Source of the DNA: Vicugna vicugna
Taxonomy: Eukaryota
Assembly (NCBI GenBank): GCA_013265495.1
Contig: MU058667.1
Location: 124,001 to 188,000, forward strand
Direction: 5' to 3'
Length of the DNA: 64,000 nucleotides
Made by a program: the position numbers and the translations under genes. The notes beneath the pieces are model-generated. The model made no database searches, was not told where the DNA came from, and saw only the letters and a list, made by a program, of their open reading frames with translations. Positions 25,545-39,520 of the stretch are shown here, piece by piece. How positions within the stretch are numbered: the first letter of the stretch is position 1; each line of letters opens with the position of its first letter.

Positions 25545-26620
25545 TGAGTGTGGAGGCTGGGCCAGGGGGTGCAGCAGTGCTCCGGAGGGGCCTGGGGCAC
25601 TCGCCCTGTGTTACTTTCTCACTGGGAGGGGTCAGGGAGTTTTTGACTGTTGTGGGTGGGATGTGGAGCGGTCGTGAGGGGCGGATATCCTAAATCCTAC
25701 GGGGGACGGGAGAAGGGGGAGGGGAATCAGAGGTTGAGTTGTCATCTGAATGCCTGTAGTTGGGGAGAGGATGGGGTCTCAACTTTAAATTTGGGACACC
25801 TAAAATTGTGAGTTCAGGGACCTGCGTTATTTTTCCTCTCTCCTGCCCTGTGGTGGAGAGAGGTTTGTAGGTCAGCGAGGCAATAAGAAATGGCCTGCAA
25901 TCATTCCTCATCTAATTCCCTCTGTTTTGGCGCCCAACTCTCTAAAAACAATTTTTTAAGGGCATACTTGTTATCAAGTCTCTGTGGACTCAAATCTTGT
26001 CTCAGCTTGGGATGACAGGATTGTGGTCTGAGGGTTTTACAGATACTTTTGCAAGTTCGCGAAGTGATTTATTTCCTGGTTGAGCTTTTGCTCGGTGAGT
26101 CTTTGAGTCAGTGAAAATGAGTAGGAAATTTGACTTTATGTCAGGTAGCTCCTTTATTACACAACCTTATATGTAGGGCAACCTAAGTTTGGGCTTTTTA
26201 ATAGAGAATCTTTGGAAATATGTATATGTATCACTGATAATTGTTAAAGAAGTTTATTCTTAAATGCTGTCACCAGCATCTCTTTTTTTCAATAATCTCA
26301 TCCTTGGTATTAGTGATTTATCACACTGGCTATTGAAGTTCATTCTCTCATTTTCTTGGCCAATAGAGCCTGTGTCCTAAGAAGGCAGCAATATTTATTT
26401 TTGTATGTTTCCTAACAGTTCCATTCAGTATAAAATGGATGGTCAATTTCCTACTTCTCATTGAGTAATAATTTAGATTTATACCCTAATATTCCTGAAG
26501 GTGTGTTATGGCCATATCTGCAGTACTTCTTGAAAAGTCTGATTATTTATTATAGAGATAACAGAGAAATGATAACTTTCTCTGAGGTTGCAGAAACCAG
26601 TTTCATTTGTGTCTTGTACA

Positions 26621-26789
26621 CCAATGTTTTTCAAACTTTAATGCATGTTAGGAATATGCTGATGGCGCGTGTTAGAATCAGGGTTCTGATTTCAGTAGGT
26701 CTGGGTGGGGCCTGAAATTCTGCATTTGTAGCAAACTCCCAGGTAATACTGATGCTTCTGGACTCAGAGCCACACTTTGTATAGTAAGG
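26621..26789. mobile_element. MER5A hAT element
   Basis: ttctgatttcagtaggtctgggtggggcctgaaattctgcattt...aactcccaggt...gatgct...ccacacttt. Confidence 0.85.
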
Positions 26790-29700
26790 ATCTAGAGTAG
26801 AAGTAGATAGTGAATTTAATTATTAGAGCTGGAAATGTCTTCCTTGATTTTCTTTGGCAAAGAGCCATGTTTATCTGCAATTCCACCTGAGTTGTGGCCA
26901 GTCAGTAGCTCATTTTTAAAAACAGAATATCTATAAACATGGCTGAGCTCTTGATGTGTTCAGTAGTGCAAAGAGATTGTGCCTGCCCTTAGAGGATTGT
27001 GATGTAGGTGGGGAAAGAGTTCATGGTATGTAATTTCTCCCTCTTTTATTGGGCCTCATTTATTTATTGATTCATTCAATAACTATTTGTAGAGTGTCTG
27101 ATATTTTTCATGTCTACTGCCTAGATAATTTATTAGTTATGTTCCATGGTAGGGGAGTTCAGGAGAGCAACAGGAAATGGGTTCTTCTATTCCAGCAGGT
27201 GGGGTTGGAGCATGGGGGTCAAGAAATGTTTGTGTTTTACTGTTATATTTCCAAGTAGATTAAATATTACTTGAGGACAAATCCTCCATCTTATTTGGCC
27301 TTGTATCTGTATTTGAAATACAGCTGGTATTTCAGACTTTGGGTTGCTGTTCGTGGGTGTTTGTGAAATAAAATTGGTGGGAACTGATCAGTTTTTTATT
27401 TTAAGTGAAACAGGAGAATAGAAAAATCAGAGTCCATTGCAAGTGGTACAGATAAGCATTATTTCATAACAGTTTTGTTTCGGTTATATTTGTATGTGTG
27501 GCTGGGTCTCTTAGAGCTTGTAGCAACACTTTGATCTTTGTCAGTGTTGGGTAATTTTGATTAAATGTATAACGCCAGGTGCCAAGATACAAAGTGATGT
27601 GGGAAGAAGTGGGTGGACTTTTGAAAAGGATCTCAGCTCTGTCAGTTACTAGCTATTTGACTTTGTGCAAGTTACTGTGTCTTTCTCTGTGAGAATTAAG
27701 TGAAATAGTGCACTGGAGATGTATCATATTTTCTAGTTCATAATAGATCTTGAATAATTAGGCATTTTTTTCTTCCCCGTTCCCTCAGTGGCACTTAAGT
27801 TAGGTGTGAAGTTTGTTGCGGGTCGCTAGGGAGGGCTTCTGGAAAGAAGTGGCATTTGACTTGGGCCTTGAAGATAAGGATGTACATTGATTTATGTAGT
27901 GGATAGTTATAGAATTACTTACTCTTAATGGAGGGGAGGGAGAATAGTGTGAATTGAGGCAGAAATCTAAGCAGTTTTTTAAGAGAAGCAGTATGTATAT
28001 TGATTGGCTAAAACAGAAGTTTTGTGTATAGGACATATGAGCCATCACAACTCTTATTTATTGAACACTCATGTGCTTAGACCTTCACATGTTTTCTCTT
28101 ATTTAACCCTTACACAACTCCGTCTTCTTAGCCCCATTTCATAGGTAAGAATATGAAGATTAGAGACATCAAGCAATTTACAAGATTCAGAGTTAGTAAG
28201 GGAAACAGACAGGATTCAGTTCTAGGTTTTTGTATTTGTTTGTTTTCTTTTGGCTCAAAGTCAGACTGAAGTCCAGACTAAAGGAGCCATTGAGATTTTT
28301 TTTGAACAAAGGGGTTACAAGTACAGAATGGTGCTTTAAGATGATGAATCTGGTCGAAATGGTTAGACTGCATTGGAAAGATTTGTTTAAGAATTGATGC
28401 AGTAGATTCATTTAAGTGGTGGAAAGAATCAGTTCCCATGGAATCCCACTCTGCAACTTACTAGCAGTGTGACTGTAGGAAAATTACCTTGCCTTAGTCT
28501 CCTTGCTTTGCAGAAGATAATTATACCCATCATTTAGGGCTCTTGTGAGGATTTAAATGGGATAATAGTGTGTAGGAATAGTAGCTATCACATCTTGGGG
28601 CCCTCATAAAGTGTTGCTATTATTAAAATAGTGCATTCATTATGGGTTATGTCTCTATCTCCAGTTAGAATGGTGGTTTTTATTTAGAACTAGCACAGTA
28701 CTTCAGTAAGTGTTTCAGTGAGTGTCTGAATGAGTGCAGGTATGAATGAATGAACTCATGAATAATTCAGGAGTGAGGAGATAGTATTTGGCAGGTCTAA
28801 GGCACTGCCAGAGAGAATGGAAGGGCAGTTATAGAACCATTTCACAGGAAGAATGAACAGGACTTGGGGTAGTGTGAGGACTTAATTCTGCTTCCAGGAT
28901 TTCAAGTCTGATGGATGCTGTTGCCATCAAGGAGATGTTTTGAAGGGAAGCTGGTTTGAGGGAAAATTTTAATTGAGAGTGTTTTCTGGAGCCTATAAAA
29001 TGGGTCTTGTATATCAGCTTTACATTGGAAGTATTGTCATGTGTGTTATACTAAGCTGCTTCCCTCGGTTCCTTTCAGATTTACTCTCTTGCTCTGTACA
29101 TCTGCTCCTAAGCTTCTTTTTCATCTTAGTATCTCCAGCTGTTCTTAGTAGTCACCCTATAATGCTTAAGCCATGTTGAAATATAGATGAACTATTCCTT
29201 TCCACAGGAAAGGATTCCACAGTGAATCTTTGTGTTTTCACAGTTTATAAAAACATCAATCCTCATCATGAATTCACTTTATGTAGTTTTTTTTTTAAAG
29301 AATCTAACATGTACTATATGCCAACAATTTTTGCCTGTACCAAAAATTATTTCAGGAAGCTATCTTTTATTGGGTGTTAGTTATCGCCACACATTCATAA
29401 GAAATGGTACCCCTCGCTACACACATTGAGTGAAACAGTTGTTGAACTGTTTAAACCCTTATCTCCGACTAAAATTAATGAAAGCGTGGTGCCCTAGGTA
29501 CTTTGTGGCAAATTGGGAATACACAGTTGCCCATTTAGGGAGATGGATTCTATCTGTTCAAATTCTTAGGTACCTTTGCTAAGAAGGAAAACTTGTTCAC
29601 TTATCTCAGGTGACTCTAAGGTTCTTTCTTATGCTTTTCCTTGTGTCTTTCCACAGGACCTCTGGATTAGGGTACTGGCGCTTACTGTTAGCTGACTTCA

Positions 29701-30395
29701 GAGTAGAACATTTGCACTTTTGGAAAAGAAGAATTTTTTCATTGACCTTTAGATGTTCACACCCTTCTTCAGACTATGAAAAATGTTTACTTAATATTTA
29801 CTCCCCTTGAATTGTATAATCTTAACAGACTTGTTAGATTACAAAGGGTCAGTTCATCGCTCCTAGACTCTGAATAAACACTTAAGCAAGAGTTGGACTT
29901 CTTAGGAATAAAAGAACAACTTATGGACAGTCCTTAGTTGTGAAACACTTCGAAACCACTGACTGTGAAATCATTTCAGTGATATGGATGGAGGTTTTTT
30001 GTTTTTTTTTTTTTCCTCTCACATGGTTTTATTTTGTGGAAAAAGTGGGAATTCTACAAAACTTTAAAAGCTTAACTCTGCTTACAAGTTGCTGTTCAGA
30101 TTTCTGTATTGATTTATCCTGGATTCTGGGGTCAAATTGCCTTTGTTAGAATTCTGGTTCACTACTTACTAGTTGGATAACCTCAGACAAATTACATAAC
30201 TGCTGTAAGTCTCAATTTTTTTACCTGTACCATTGGAGAAATGGTAAAATTTAACTCCTGGTGGGGATTAAGTGGAGCGTAATATGTGGAGTGCTTCTGA
30301 GCACATAGTGTGCGCTGAGTTTTTACAAGGCATTGATTTAATGGGTTTTTCGAAGTTTTTGGTAATAGGCCATTTGTTTTTTTTTGTTTTTTCTT

Positions 30396-30420
30396 AGAGA
30401 GAGAGAGAGAGAGAGAGAGA
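30396..30420 (+). repeat. (AG)n microsatellite
   Basis: Direct observation. Confidence 0.9.
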
Positions 30421-31539
30421 CAATGAAGTCATTAAGGAATATAAACTGCTAAGAATATTTGAGTTACTTGACATTTGGAGATCATGGAATTTGTAAATAA
30501 GGTGGACTAATCCCCCTTTCATTTTTGCCTGAGGCCTACGTAGAGGTGGAGATGAGGGGCTCATTTTTTTCTTTCTTTTCAATAAGTAAATTTTTTTTTT
30601 TTACAGGATTTCTTATTATCCTTTTAGAGGTATAACAGTCATTAGGTCTTTTCCTTTTAAACAATTAGATGATGAATTTTACTGTTTATTAACAAGAGAT
30701 TTTGAGTCTGTTGAGCTTGTTTTTGTATGTGACTTGTTATTTTTGGTCGATCTCTGCTGAGTACAAAGTACCTTCTAGCACATTATTTCTAGTTCCAGGT
30801 TGCAGGTTTACGTTTTGTACTAAATTCTTTCTTAACTCACCCTTTTTTGTAGCAAATACATCTGAGTGAAGCTGGTCAAATCTTCTTTACTGTTGTTTGC
30901 CCCTTTATTTATCATAAATCAGGGACAAAAAATAAACATTGGAATATAGGATCTAAGTAATGATGATCCATTGCTGTTCATGTTTCTCAGTGAGTAGATT
31001 CTTATTAAAATGGACATTTGGTTGATTTAAAAAAATTTTTAAAAGCCTTCAGATCCTTAATAAGTATTTTTCATGATTATAAATCAATAAAAAATGTTAA
31101 AAAAAAGTATTTTTCAATGCCAGCATTATTTCCTTTTGCCTGGTTGTTAGAGAATTCTCTTCAAATCAAAAGGAGTGGTCCTCTATTTAGGAAAGTTTCT
31201 CCCTTCAGTAGAATACCTCATTTTGGTAGGGAGAGAAGCCCACCTGGAGAAGTGAGGGAACCAGATCCACTCTTGGGTGACAGATTTTTCCGTCGGATTG
31301 CCTTTACAACCAGCTCTCAAGTCGATTCACTGTGATACACATTATTTTGAATAACCAGTACTACTCAGGTACTATTTAGAAAATGTTATTTTTCATGAAC
31401 TCTTGACTCATTGAAACATTTTTTTTGATTATTTGCTGATAAATATTTATGAAAAAATACACACAAATGGAGCAGAGACAGATTTGATGACTAGGTTTAG
31501 TAATATCTCAACTGTTAGTATTGGAATATTTGTCCCCTG

Positions 31540-32520
31540 TTCATTTACCAGTTATTTATTGAGTCTGCTATTTGCAGGGTGCTGTGTGCTGTGTGGTATG
31601 TGCTATGTGGTATGGTGGAGAATAAAAAAATGAATGGGACGTACTTCTTATATTGTAAGTTTACAGTCCAGGAGGGGAGATAAGGCATGTATTATCGTGT
31701 AGTAAATTCCATGAAGATAAATATTATAAGGTACAGATTAAAGTGGTTTGAGAGATGGAAGGTATAAGATCACATTTGGCTGGGAGGTAAGGGGAAACTT
31801 AATGGAAGAGACGCATTTCAGTGACTTTGAAGGAAACGCAGGACTTGAAAAGGTAGAAATAGGTGGTAGATAAGGGAGAGGAATGGCTTGAACAAAGACA
31901 TTCAGGTAGAACAGGATATGGCATGCTTTGGGGAGTGGCAGGTGGAATTCAGATTTTATTTGATGTAGTAGGCGATCACTGAAGGTTGCCAACATGTGGT
32001 AGTATGTTTGAAGTTGTTTCATAAAGCTTAATCTGGCAGAGATGTATAGAAATCTTAGATTTAGTGACCCAGATGTGAAGCAGGGCGAAAAATTCAACAA
32101 AGCTGTTAAGATTTTAAGCCTTGTTTATTGGAATGTGTGGAAGGTAGTGCTTTGGAAAAAATATTTTCAGTGAAATATACTGGACGACTATGGGGCATAT
32201 TAAGTTTTAGCAGCTAGTGCCATATCTGGGTGGAAAATGACCAAGAGGCATTGAGAAATGCAGAGCTGCTGTTCTAGAGTGAAGGTGGGGCTAGATATTT
32301 AGGTTTAAATACCAGAGAACTAGGGGTGAAAGTTGAAGCTGTGGTAGGTCAATGAGGAAGAGAGGTCCTTAGGGCAAAAGGGAGAGAATTTAGAAAGAAA
32401 AAACAACTTGAGGAATGCTTGTTTTTTCAGTGGGACAAGAAGAGCAGTCAGAGAGGTATGAAGAGATGGAGAAGAAAGTGTTGCAAAGAAGTCTTGAGCA
32501 GGGAGTTTGGGAAGGTATTG
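31540..32520 (-). mobile_element. L2 fragment followed by a MIR (~32530-32660)
   Basis: ttcattt...tatttattgagtctgcta...; antisense L2 body; then gaatctcagtcctgccactt...gtgaccttgag...cctcatctataaa. Confidence 0.65.
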
Positions 32521-33511
32521 TTAAGGGGTAGAAGGAGCGTGGACTTGAATCTCAGTCCTGCCACTTATAAGCTTTGTGACCTTGAGTCAGGCTCTTAACC
32601 TCTGTGAACCTTAGTGTCCTCATCTATAAAGTGGTGGTAAAATAGTCATCTCATGACCCTTAAACTGTGAAGCAGCACTTGTTACACTTCTGCGCAGGGC
32701 GCTCCAGTGGTTTTCCATCTCAGTGAGATGTGCGGGCTTTACTGTGGCCTGCAGGGCCTTGCGTGATGTTGACTGTTGCTTGATAGTGTTTCGTATCATT
32801 TTCCCCTTGCTTATTCACCTCCACCCAGATATAATTATATGATTTTTTTTTATATTTTGGAATCTAAGTTTTGTTATTTAGAACAGAGAATTCTTATTTT
32901 TTATGGAGTGTCTTAAATTGGACAATAGATTGTCAAAAACAAACATTTCTATGGAGTGAATGAATATAAGGTGGCTTCCTCTTTTTGTAAGTTATGACCT
33001 TGAGACAAAAATCTTGCCTCATATTTGTGCATAGTCAATATACATGTAAGTAGTTGCTTTTATTGATCATGACAAGACAACCTGGATTGAAAGTCTGGAT
33101 TTATGGAACAAACTTATTTTCATAAATCTATCTGTATAAGTTTTGATAATGATAAAAAATGTGATAAGACTTTGATAATAGATTTATAATTTATTCATTA
33201 AATATTTATTGAATAGCTAGCAGGCACTGTGGTAGGTGATAATTAGGGAAGGGGAGTTAATTAAAGTGACTGCTTAACAAAGAGCTAAATAAAAGGTTTT
33301 TGGAAAGTCTTTTCAAAATATATTGGTACAATTTCTTGCATTACTTGTATAGTGTAGTGAATATGAAATATATTTACATCCCCAAGGACTACTCTAGGCA
33401 CATAGTAATGCATAATATTAGTTGATGCTTTGATGATTAAGGATGTTAAAATATTTTATCATAACGATAGTGTTGAAGATTTGTTTTAATCTCTATTGAT
33501 CTGAAGTCAAA

Positions 33512-33915
33512 CTTTTTTTTTAAGTTTAATTTTTTAAAATATATCTTTACTGAAGTATAGTTAGTTTGCAGTGTGTCAGTTTCTGGTGTACAGCACAATA
33601 CTTCAGTCATGTAGGAACATACATATATTTGTTTTCATATTCTTTTTAACCGTAAGTTACTACAAGATACTGAATCTAGTTCCCTGTGCTATACAGTATA
33701 AACTTGTTGTTTGTCTATTTTATATATAGTAGTTAGTATCTGCAAATCTTGAACTCCCAATTTATCCCTTCCTACCCCCTTTCCCCCATGGTAACCATAA
33801 GTTTTTTTCTGTATCTGTGAATCTGTGTGTGTTTTGTAAATAAGTTCGTTTGTCCTTTTTTTTTTTAGATTCTATGTATATGTGATATCATACGGTATTT
33901 TTTTTTCTCTTTCTG
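33512..33915 (-). mobile_element. Lineage-specific L1 3' end (5'-truncated)
   Basis: T-rich tail, then the reverse complement of the L1 3'UTR also seen at 49057 and 56980. Confidence 0.88.
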
Positions 33916-34976
33916 GGTGAAACTTAGATTGTCTTTCGGTTTATCACTGTCATAGCTTTCTTTCTACTAACTGATCTCCTCTATAAGAGTGTTGTGATTT
34001 AAGGTATTTTTGGTGCATTTTTGTCTTCATATTTAGAATGAGATGAATCTGTTTCATCTTGGGAAACTAGGAGTATAGTTAATAAGCATTTGTTAATGAG
34101 CCTGATTTATTAGTGAATCAAATTAGTATTATAAACTGGTATTATCAGTTGCATATGAGGCTCGCTCTCTCATAATTATACTTGAGGAGAATCAATTGAA
34201 GTGAATACATGCAGATTTTGAGTAATTTTGTTTTTAGCAGCATGGAAAAATATTCAGTGAAATGAATTTAAGTATGGAAAAGAAAGTATGGAAAGAGGGA
34301 GAGTGCTAGGTCAAGTATCGTCACGTTTGAGCAGGTTCCTTTGATAAGACTGCTGAATTTACAGTGCTTTCAATTTATCATCCTTTATTTTGTATAGTCT
34401 TTTGACTCATTACATGTGTTAGGTTGCTTTGGTTTCTTGATTCTAACTAGATCTTTAGAGTTTGGATTGTGATTAGTTCAGTTTGAGAGTTGCCTTGAAG
34501 GATTTTGTATCTCTTAACAGTGATGGAAGGAGGCCTGTTCTGATCGTTTTTGACTTTAAACCTTGAAAAAAGTAGGCATGGGGCCATCTTTTCCAGACCT
34601 GTATCTCAGAGACTGTCAAGCCCAGGGGACGCTGAATTAATCAGGACCACACTGAATTTCAGAGTGTGTTCATAGTTCCATTTGGAGCCCACAGAGTGTT
34701 ACTGTAACTGTATTTACTCTGAATCTTCCTTGTTTTTCTCTCTTTCCTACCCTCATTTTATTCTTCAAGTGTTTCAGATTGCCTGCAATGTGTCAGAAAC
34801 ATAGGGATAAGGGGAAACAAGATATATGTGGACATTACAGTTAAGGCGGAAGATCAACTTAAAAGAAACATACAAAAATTACTTTGTTTTCAAAAAAAGT
34901 TATTTCAACTGTGGTAAGTGCTATGAAGAAGTACAGGATGTCACTGGAGCGTGTTACGTGAGAACGCATTCTAGTG

Positions 34977-35280
34977 TGGTGGGATTTGTTTTCCTGGTGT
35001 TGGATCCCAGGTTCGGGGTGCTGTATATGTGGTTTAAATGCTTTACACCCCAAGGAGGATCTCCCAGCCTGTGATATCTCTTTCCTCTATGTCCCATCCT
35101 CAGGGTGAAGGTGCTGACCTGATCACTTCTTTTTTCTGTGTGGCTCTTTACAGAGTCTGTATAAGAGTCTGGCAATCTTGTTTGTTTTCAGTGAGAATTG
35201 CTCCATATGCAGATGTATTTTTGATGTGTCCATGGAGGGAGGTGAGCTCAGAGTCTTCCTACATTGCCATCCTAATCTCC
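34977..35280 (-). mobile_element. Isolated L1 5'UTR fragment within an L2
   Basis: Ends ggagggaggtgagctcagagtcttcctacattgccatcct, the antisense L1 5' terminus motif. Confidence 0.6.
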
Positions 35281-35789
35281 GCTTTTGGTGGAAGGAAAGC
35301 ACTGGAGGAAGCAGTGCTTCTCAGATGCTGGTGATATTCTGCTTTTTCATAAGCATCCTTATTCACTGATGAAGAGGGATGAGTGAAAACTTCTGGTTTT
35401 TAATAAGCTGGTTGTCAGTGTATGATGAGGCAGCATGGTGTAGTGCATTGGGTGTAAGGTAGAAGATCTGAGTTTCTGTTTTGCTCTGCAATTTATAGTA
35501 CCACCCCCAGTTTCCTCATATATAGATAGATGATAATCCTGCTTAACTACTTCATAACATGCTGTCGGAATCATATGAGATAGTACCTGTGTGAAAGCTT
35601 TGAAAACTGCAAAAAAAAAAAGTAAATATTAGTCTACTTGGTTTTTGTCTTTCTGTTTTAGAATTTAAATTTAGCCTTGGTAGCTTAAAAATAGTGTACC
35701 CTTAAAAGTAAAAGTGTTGGAAGCACTTTAAATGCAGTGTAGAGACACAGAATCTGAAGGGTGTCTTGAGAGTGTGTGGTTGTATGTGT

Positions 35790-35836
35790 GTGTATGTATG
35801 TATATGTACGTACACACACCACACACACACGCACCT

Positions 35837-35868
<32 letters not shown>

Positions 35869-36345
35869 TTGTAAGGAATTGACTCACACAATAATGGAGG
35901 CTGAGAAGTTCCATGATCTGCAGCTGGCAAGCTGGAGACCCAGACAAGCTGATGATGTGTAGTTGTTTATAGTCCGTGTTGTAAGGTCTAAGAACAAGGA
36001 GAGCTGATGGTATAAGCTCCAGTCCAAAAGACGACAGGCTTGAGACCCAAATGTAGCAGATGCTTCATTCTGGATCCAAAGGTGGAAAAAGACTAATGTC
36101 CCCATGTGAGGGCATGCAGGCAGGACGAGTTCCCTCTTACTCAGCTGTTTGTTCTGTTGAGATCTTCAGTTCATTGGGTTGGCCCACCCACATTAGCGAA
36201 GGTAACTCCTTTACTCAATATACTGAAAATGTTAATTGCTGTCAGAAACACCCTTCCAGACACACGCAGAATACTGTTCGACCAAATAAATATCGGGCAA
36301 CCCTGTGGCCCAGTCAAGTTGACACAGAATTAACCAGCATATGCA
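35790..36345 (-). mobile_element. MLT2 (ERVL) LTR with (CA)n/(GACA)n microsatellite
   Basis: taaggaattgactcacacaataatggaggctgagaagttccatgatctgc...gcaagctggagaccc...cagtcaagttgacacagaattaacca. Confidence 0.85.
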
Positions 36346-36894
36346 GCATAAATTTATATGTGACAACAGAGTAATTTAGCCTCCCTTATTATGCTAAATA
36401 TATATTTCTAAATGAGGTCTTATTCTTTTAAAAGGGTTTTGAAATTTGTTAGAGAAGAATATAGGAAGTCTTCTGACCATAGATGACTATCCTACTTTAA
36501 TTCTGTTCGTTGGTGTTCTGTTTTATTTTGAATCAGTTGATGCTGTAAAAATGTGGTGTACTGTTGTTTCTCATGAGGACCACTTAACTTCTTCTATAGT
36601 TATTTTAATTGCCATTTATTTTTTCAAACATCTTGATTTACTAGAGACAAAAGTGTTTTCACAACACTTAATAGAACACACGTGCATAGCACGAAAAAGA
36701 ATGGGTTGAAACAGGGAGCCATTGTGCAGAGTGAAGGAAAGTAATATTTTTAAAGTGCCTACTATGTGCTCTTCAATTTTTTGGAAGAGTTTGAGCAGGA
36801 TTGGTGATACGGAGAGTTTTAATGGTGTGGATGAAAGATCAAGCCAGCTACAACATTCCCTTAAACCAAAGTCTAATCCAGAAAGCAAGGCTCT

Positions 36895-39520
36895 CATTCT
36901 TTAAATGTGTGGTAGAATTCAGAGATGAAGCTGTTAGGTCTTGGCATTTTCTTTTTTTGTGTGAGGTTTTTGATTATTGATTTAATCTTGTTTGTTACTG
37001 GTCTATTCAGATTTTCTGTTTCTTCATGATTCGATATTGGTAGATCGTGTGTTTCTAGGAATTCATTTGTTTCTTCTAGGTTATCCAATTTGCTCATTGT
37101 GTTAGTAGTCTCTATGATCCTTTGCATTTCTTTGATATCAGTCATCATGTCCTCTCTTTCATTTATAATTTTAAGTCTTACCATTTTTCCGTAGTTTAAC
37201 TAAAGGTTTTTCAATTTTATCTTTCAAAACAACAATGCTTTGTTTCATTGATCTTTTGAATTATCTTCCTAATCTCTGTTTCATTTATTTCTGCTCCGCT
37301 CTTTATTATTTTCTTCCCCCAGCTAACTTTTGGGTTAGTTTGTTCTGTTTCTAGTTTCCTGAGGTGTAAAATTACGTTGTTTACTTGAGATCTTTCTTTT
37401 TGCTAAATATAGGCATTTATTGCTATATACTTCCCTCTTAGAACTGCTTTTGTTGCATCCCAAAAGTTTTGATATATTGTGTTCCTACTCGTTTCAAGAT
37501 TTTTAAAAATTTCTCTTTTGATTTTCTTTGAATCATTGGTTTTTCACGAGTGTGCTGTTTAATTTCCACATATTTATGAATTTTCTAATTTTGCTCCTGT
37601 TACTGAGTTCTAGTCAGTCTTCTTAAATTTTTTAAGACTTGTTTTGAGCCCTAACACATAATCTGTCATTGAGAATGTTCCATGTGACTTGAAAAGAATG
37701 TATATTTTGTTTTCGTTGGATAGAATGTTCTCTATGTGTCTGTTAGTTCCATTTAATCTATATTGTTGGTCAAGTCCAAATATTCTTTATTGATTTACTG
37801 TTTAGATGATCTATCCATTATTGAAAGTGGAGTATCACAGTTCCCTGTTATTGTTATGTTGCTGTTTATTTCTCCCTTCAGTTCTATTGATATTTGCTTT
37901 ATATAGGTGCTCTGATGTTGGGCATATTTACAATTATTTTATCCCCTTGATTGACTGACCCCTTTATCATTATATAATGACCTCCTCTGTATCTTTTTAC
38001 AATTTTTGACTTAAAGTCTATTTTATTCTGATATAAGTATAGCCAACCCTTCTCTATTTTGGTTACTATTTGCATGTAGTATCTTTTTCCCATCCCTTCT
38101 CTCTCAGCCTTTCTGTGTCCTTAAAGTTAACGTGAAATGATTATCACAATAGAATTAGTGAACACTCATTATCTTGTATAGATACAAAATTAAAGAAATA
38201 GAAAAAGCGGAAAGAGAAGATCTCTTTATATTTAATCTATTTGGGATTCTTTGGGCTTCATGGTTTGGATGTCCATTTCCCTATCCTGAGTCAGGAAATT
38301 TTCAATTATTATTTCTTTAAATAAGCTTTCTGCTCCTTTCTTTTTCTTTACTTGTTCCTGGAACTCCCTCATTGTGTATATTATTTCTTTTGATGACATC
38401 CCAAAATTCTCATAGGCTTTCTTCATTCTCTTTCAATCTTTTTTCTTTTTGTTTTTCCATCTGGGTCTTTTCAAATGATCTGTCTTGAGCCCACCGATTT
38501 TTTTCTTCACCTAGATCAAGTCTGTTGTTAAAGCTATCTGTGGAATTTTTGTTTGTTTAGTCATTGTGTTCTTCAGCTCCAGAATTAATTCTTTCATTTC
38601 TTTCTCTCTTTCTTTCTTTCTGTTGTTTCCATCTCTTTAACTTCTCATTTTGGATGTGTATTGTTTTCCTGATTTTGTTTAGTTGTCTTATAGCTTACTG
38701 CATCTCTTCAAGGCAACTATTTACAATTCTTTGCCTGTCAGTTCATTGTTCTCCATTTCTTTTGAGTTGGTTACTGTGCTTTATTCTGTTCCTTTGTTGG
38801 TGTCATGTTTTCCTGAGCATTCGTAATTCTGTGGCCTCGTTTTGGTGTGTTTGCATTTAAAGAAGCAGGCACCTCTTCCAGTCTTTACCTCTGGCTTCTG
38901 TAGTGAAAGCCAATGAAAGCCACTTGGTGGAATCTGTGGGGTTTACTGCTAGAGTCTTCAGGCAGGCTTCTGGTGCCTGGGGGTGGGTTTGTGGCCTGGG
39001 TTCACTAATGTGCACGTTATACTTGGGTCCACCAGGGCAGGCCTGATGTCTGGGACTTTGGTTTTTGGCCTGAAACGTGGGTCCACTGGCTGAGCTTGGA
39101 GCCTGGTTTCTTGGCAGTTGGCCTGGCACTGAGATAGGCCTGAAGTCAGAGTCCACGGGGGCCGTTCTGCATTCTGGATCTGTATGGCTGGCCAGGCACC
39201 TGATTTTACTTGGCAGGCCTGATGCTGTGTTTTGTTGTGAAGTTGGGTGCTCACTTCATTTGTCTTCCTCCTTTGGATGGGTGTTCCAGGCTGGGTTGCC
39301 TGGGGTTGGAGGTGGGTGATGTGGGTAATATGACATTGTCTTTCATACCCTCTTCAGTACATCTTATTTTGTTGTTCTTCCTGGGTGTTTTAATCTCTTA
39401 CCTGAAATCCTTAGCTCTTGTGAAGATATTTTTGCACATGGATATTTGTTCAAACTGATGTTTCTGCGAGGGGATGAGTGCTGGAAACCACTGCTCTTCT
39501 ATCTTATAATGTCACCTCTG
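36895..39520 (-). mobile_element. Decayed L1: 5'UTR, ORF1 pieces and N-terminal ORF2 (endonuclease/linker)
   Basis: ORF-track peptides KLDNLEETNEFLETHDLP..EFYHTFKE, KIDFKSKIVKRYRGGHYIMIKGSV..PNIRAP and GAESLFKEIIIENF are L1 ORF2/ORF1 motifs. Many stops. Confidence 0.9.

Noticed and set aside
36894..38426. ORFs with endonuclease/ORF1 motifs as an active L1
   Set aside because: Fragmented by stops, frameshifts and deletions; the reverse transcriptase and 3' end are absent.
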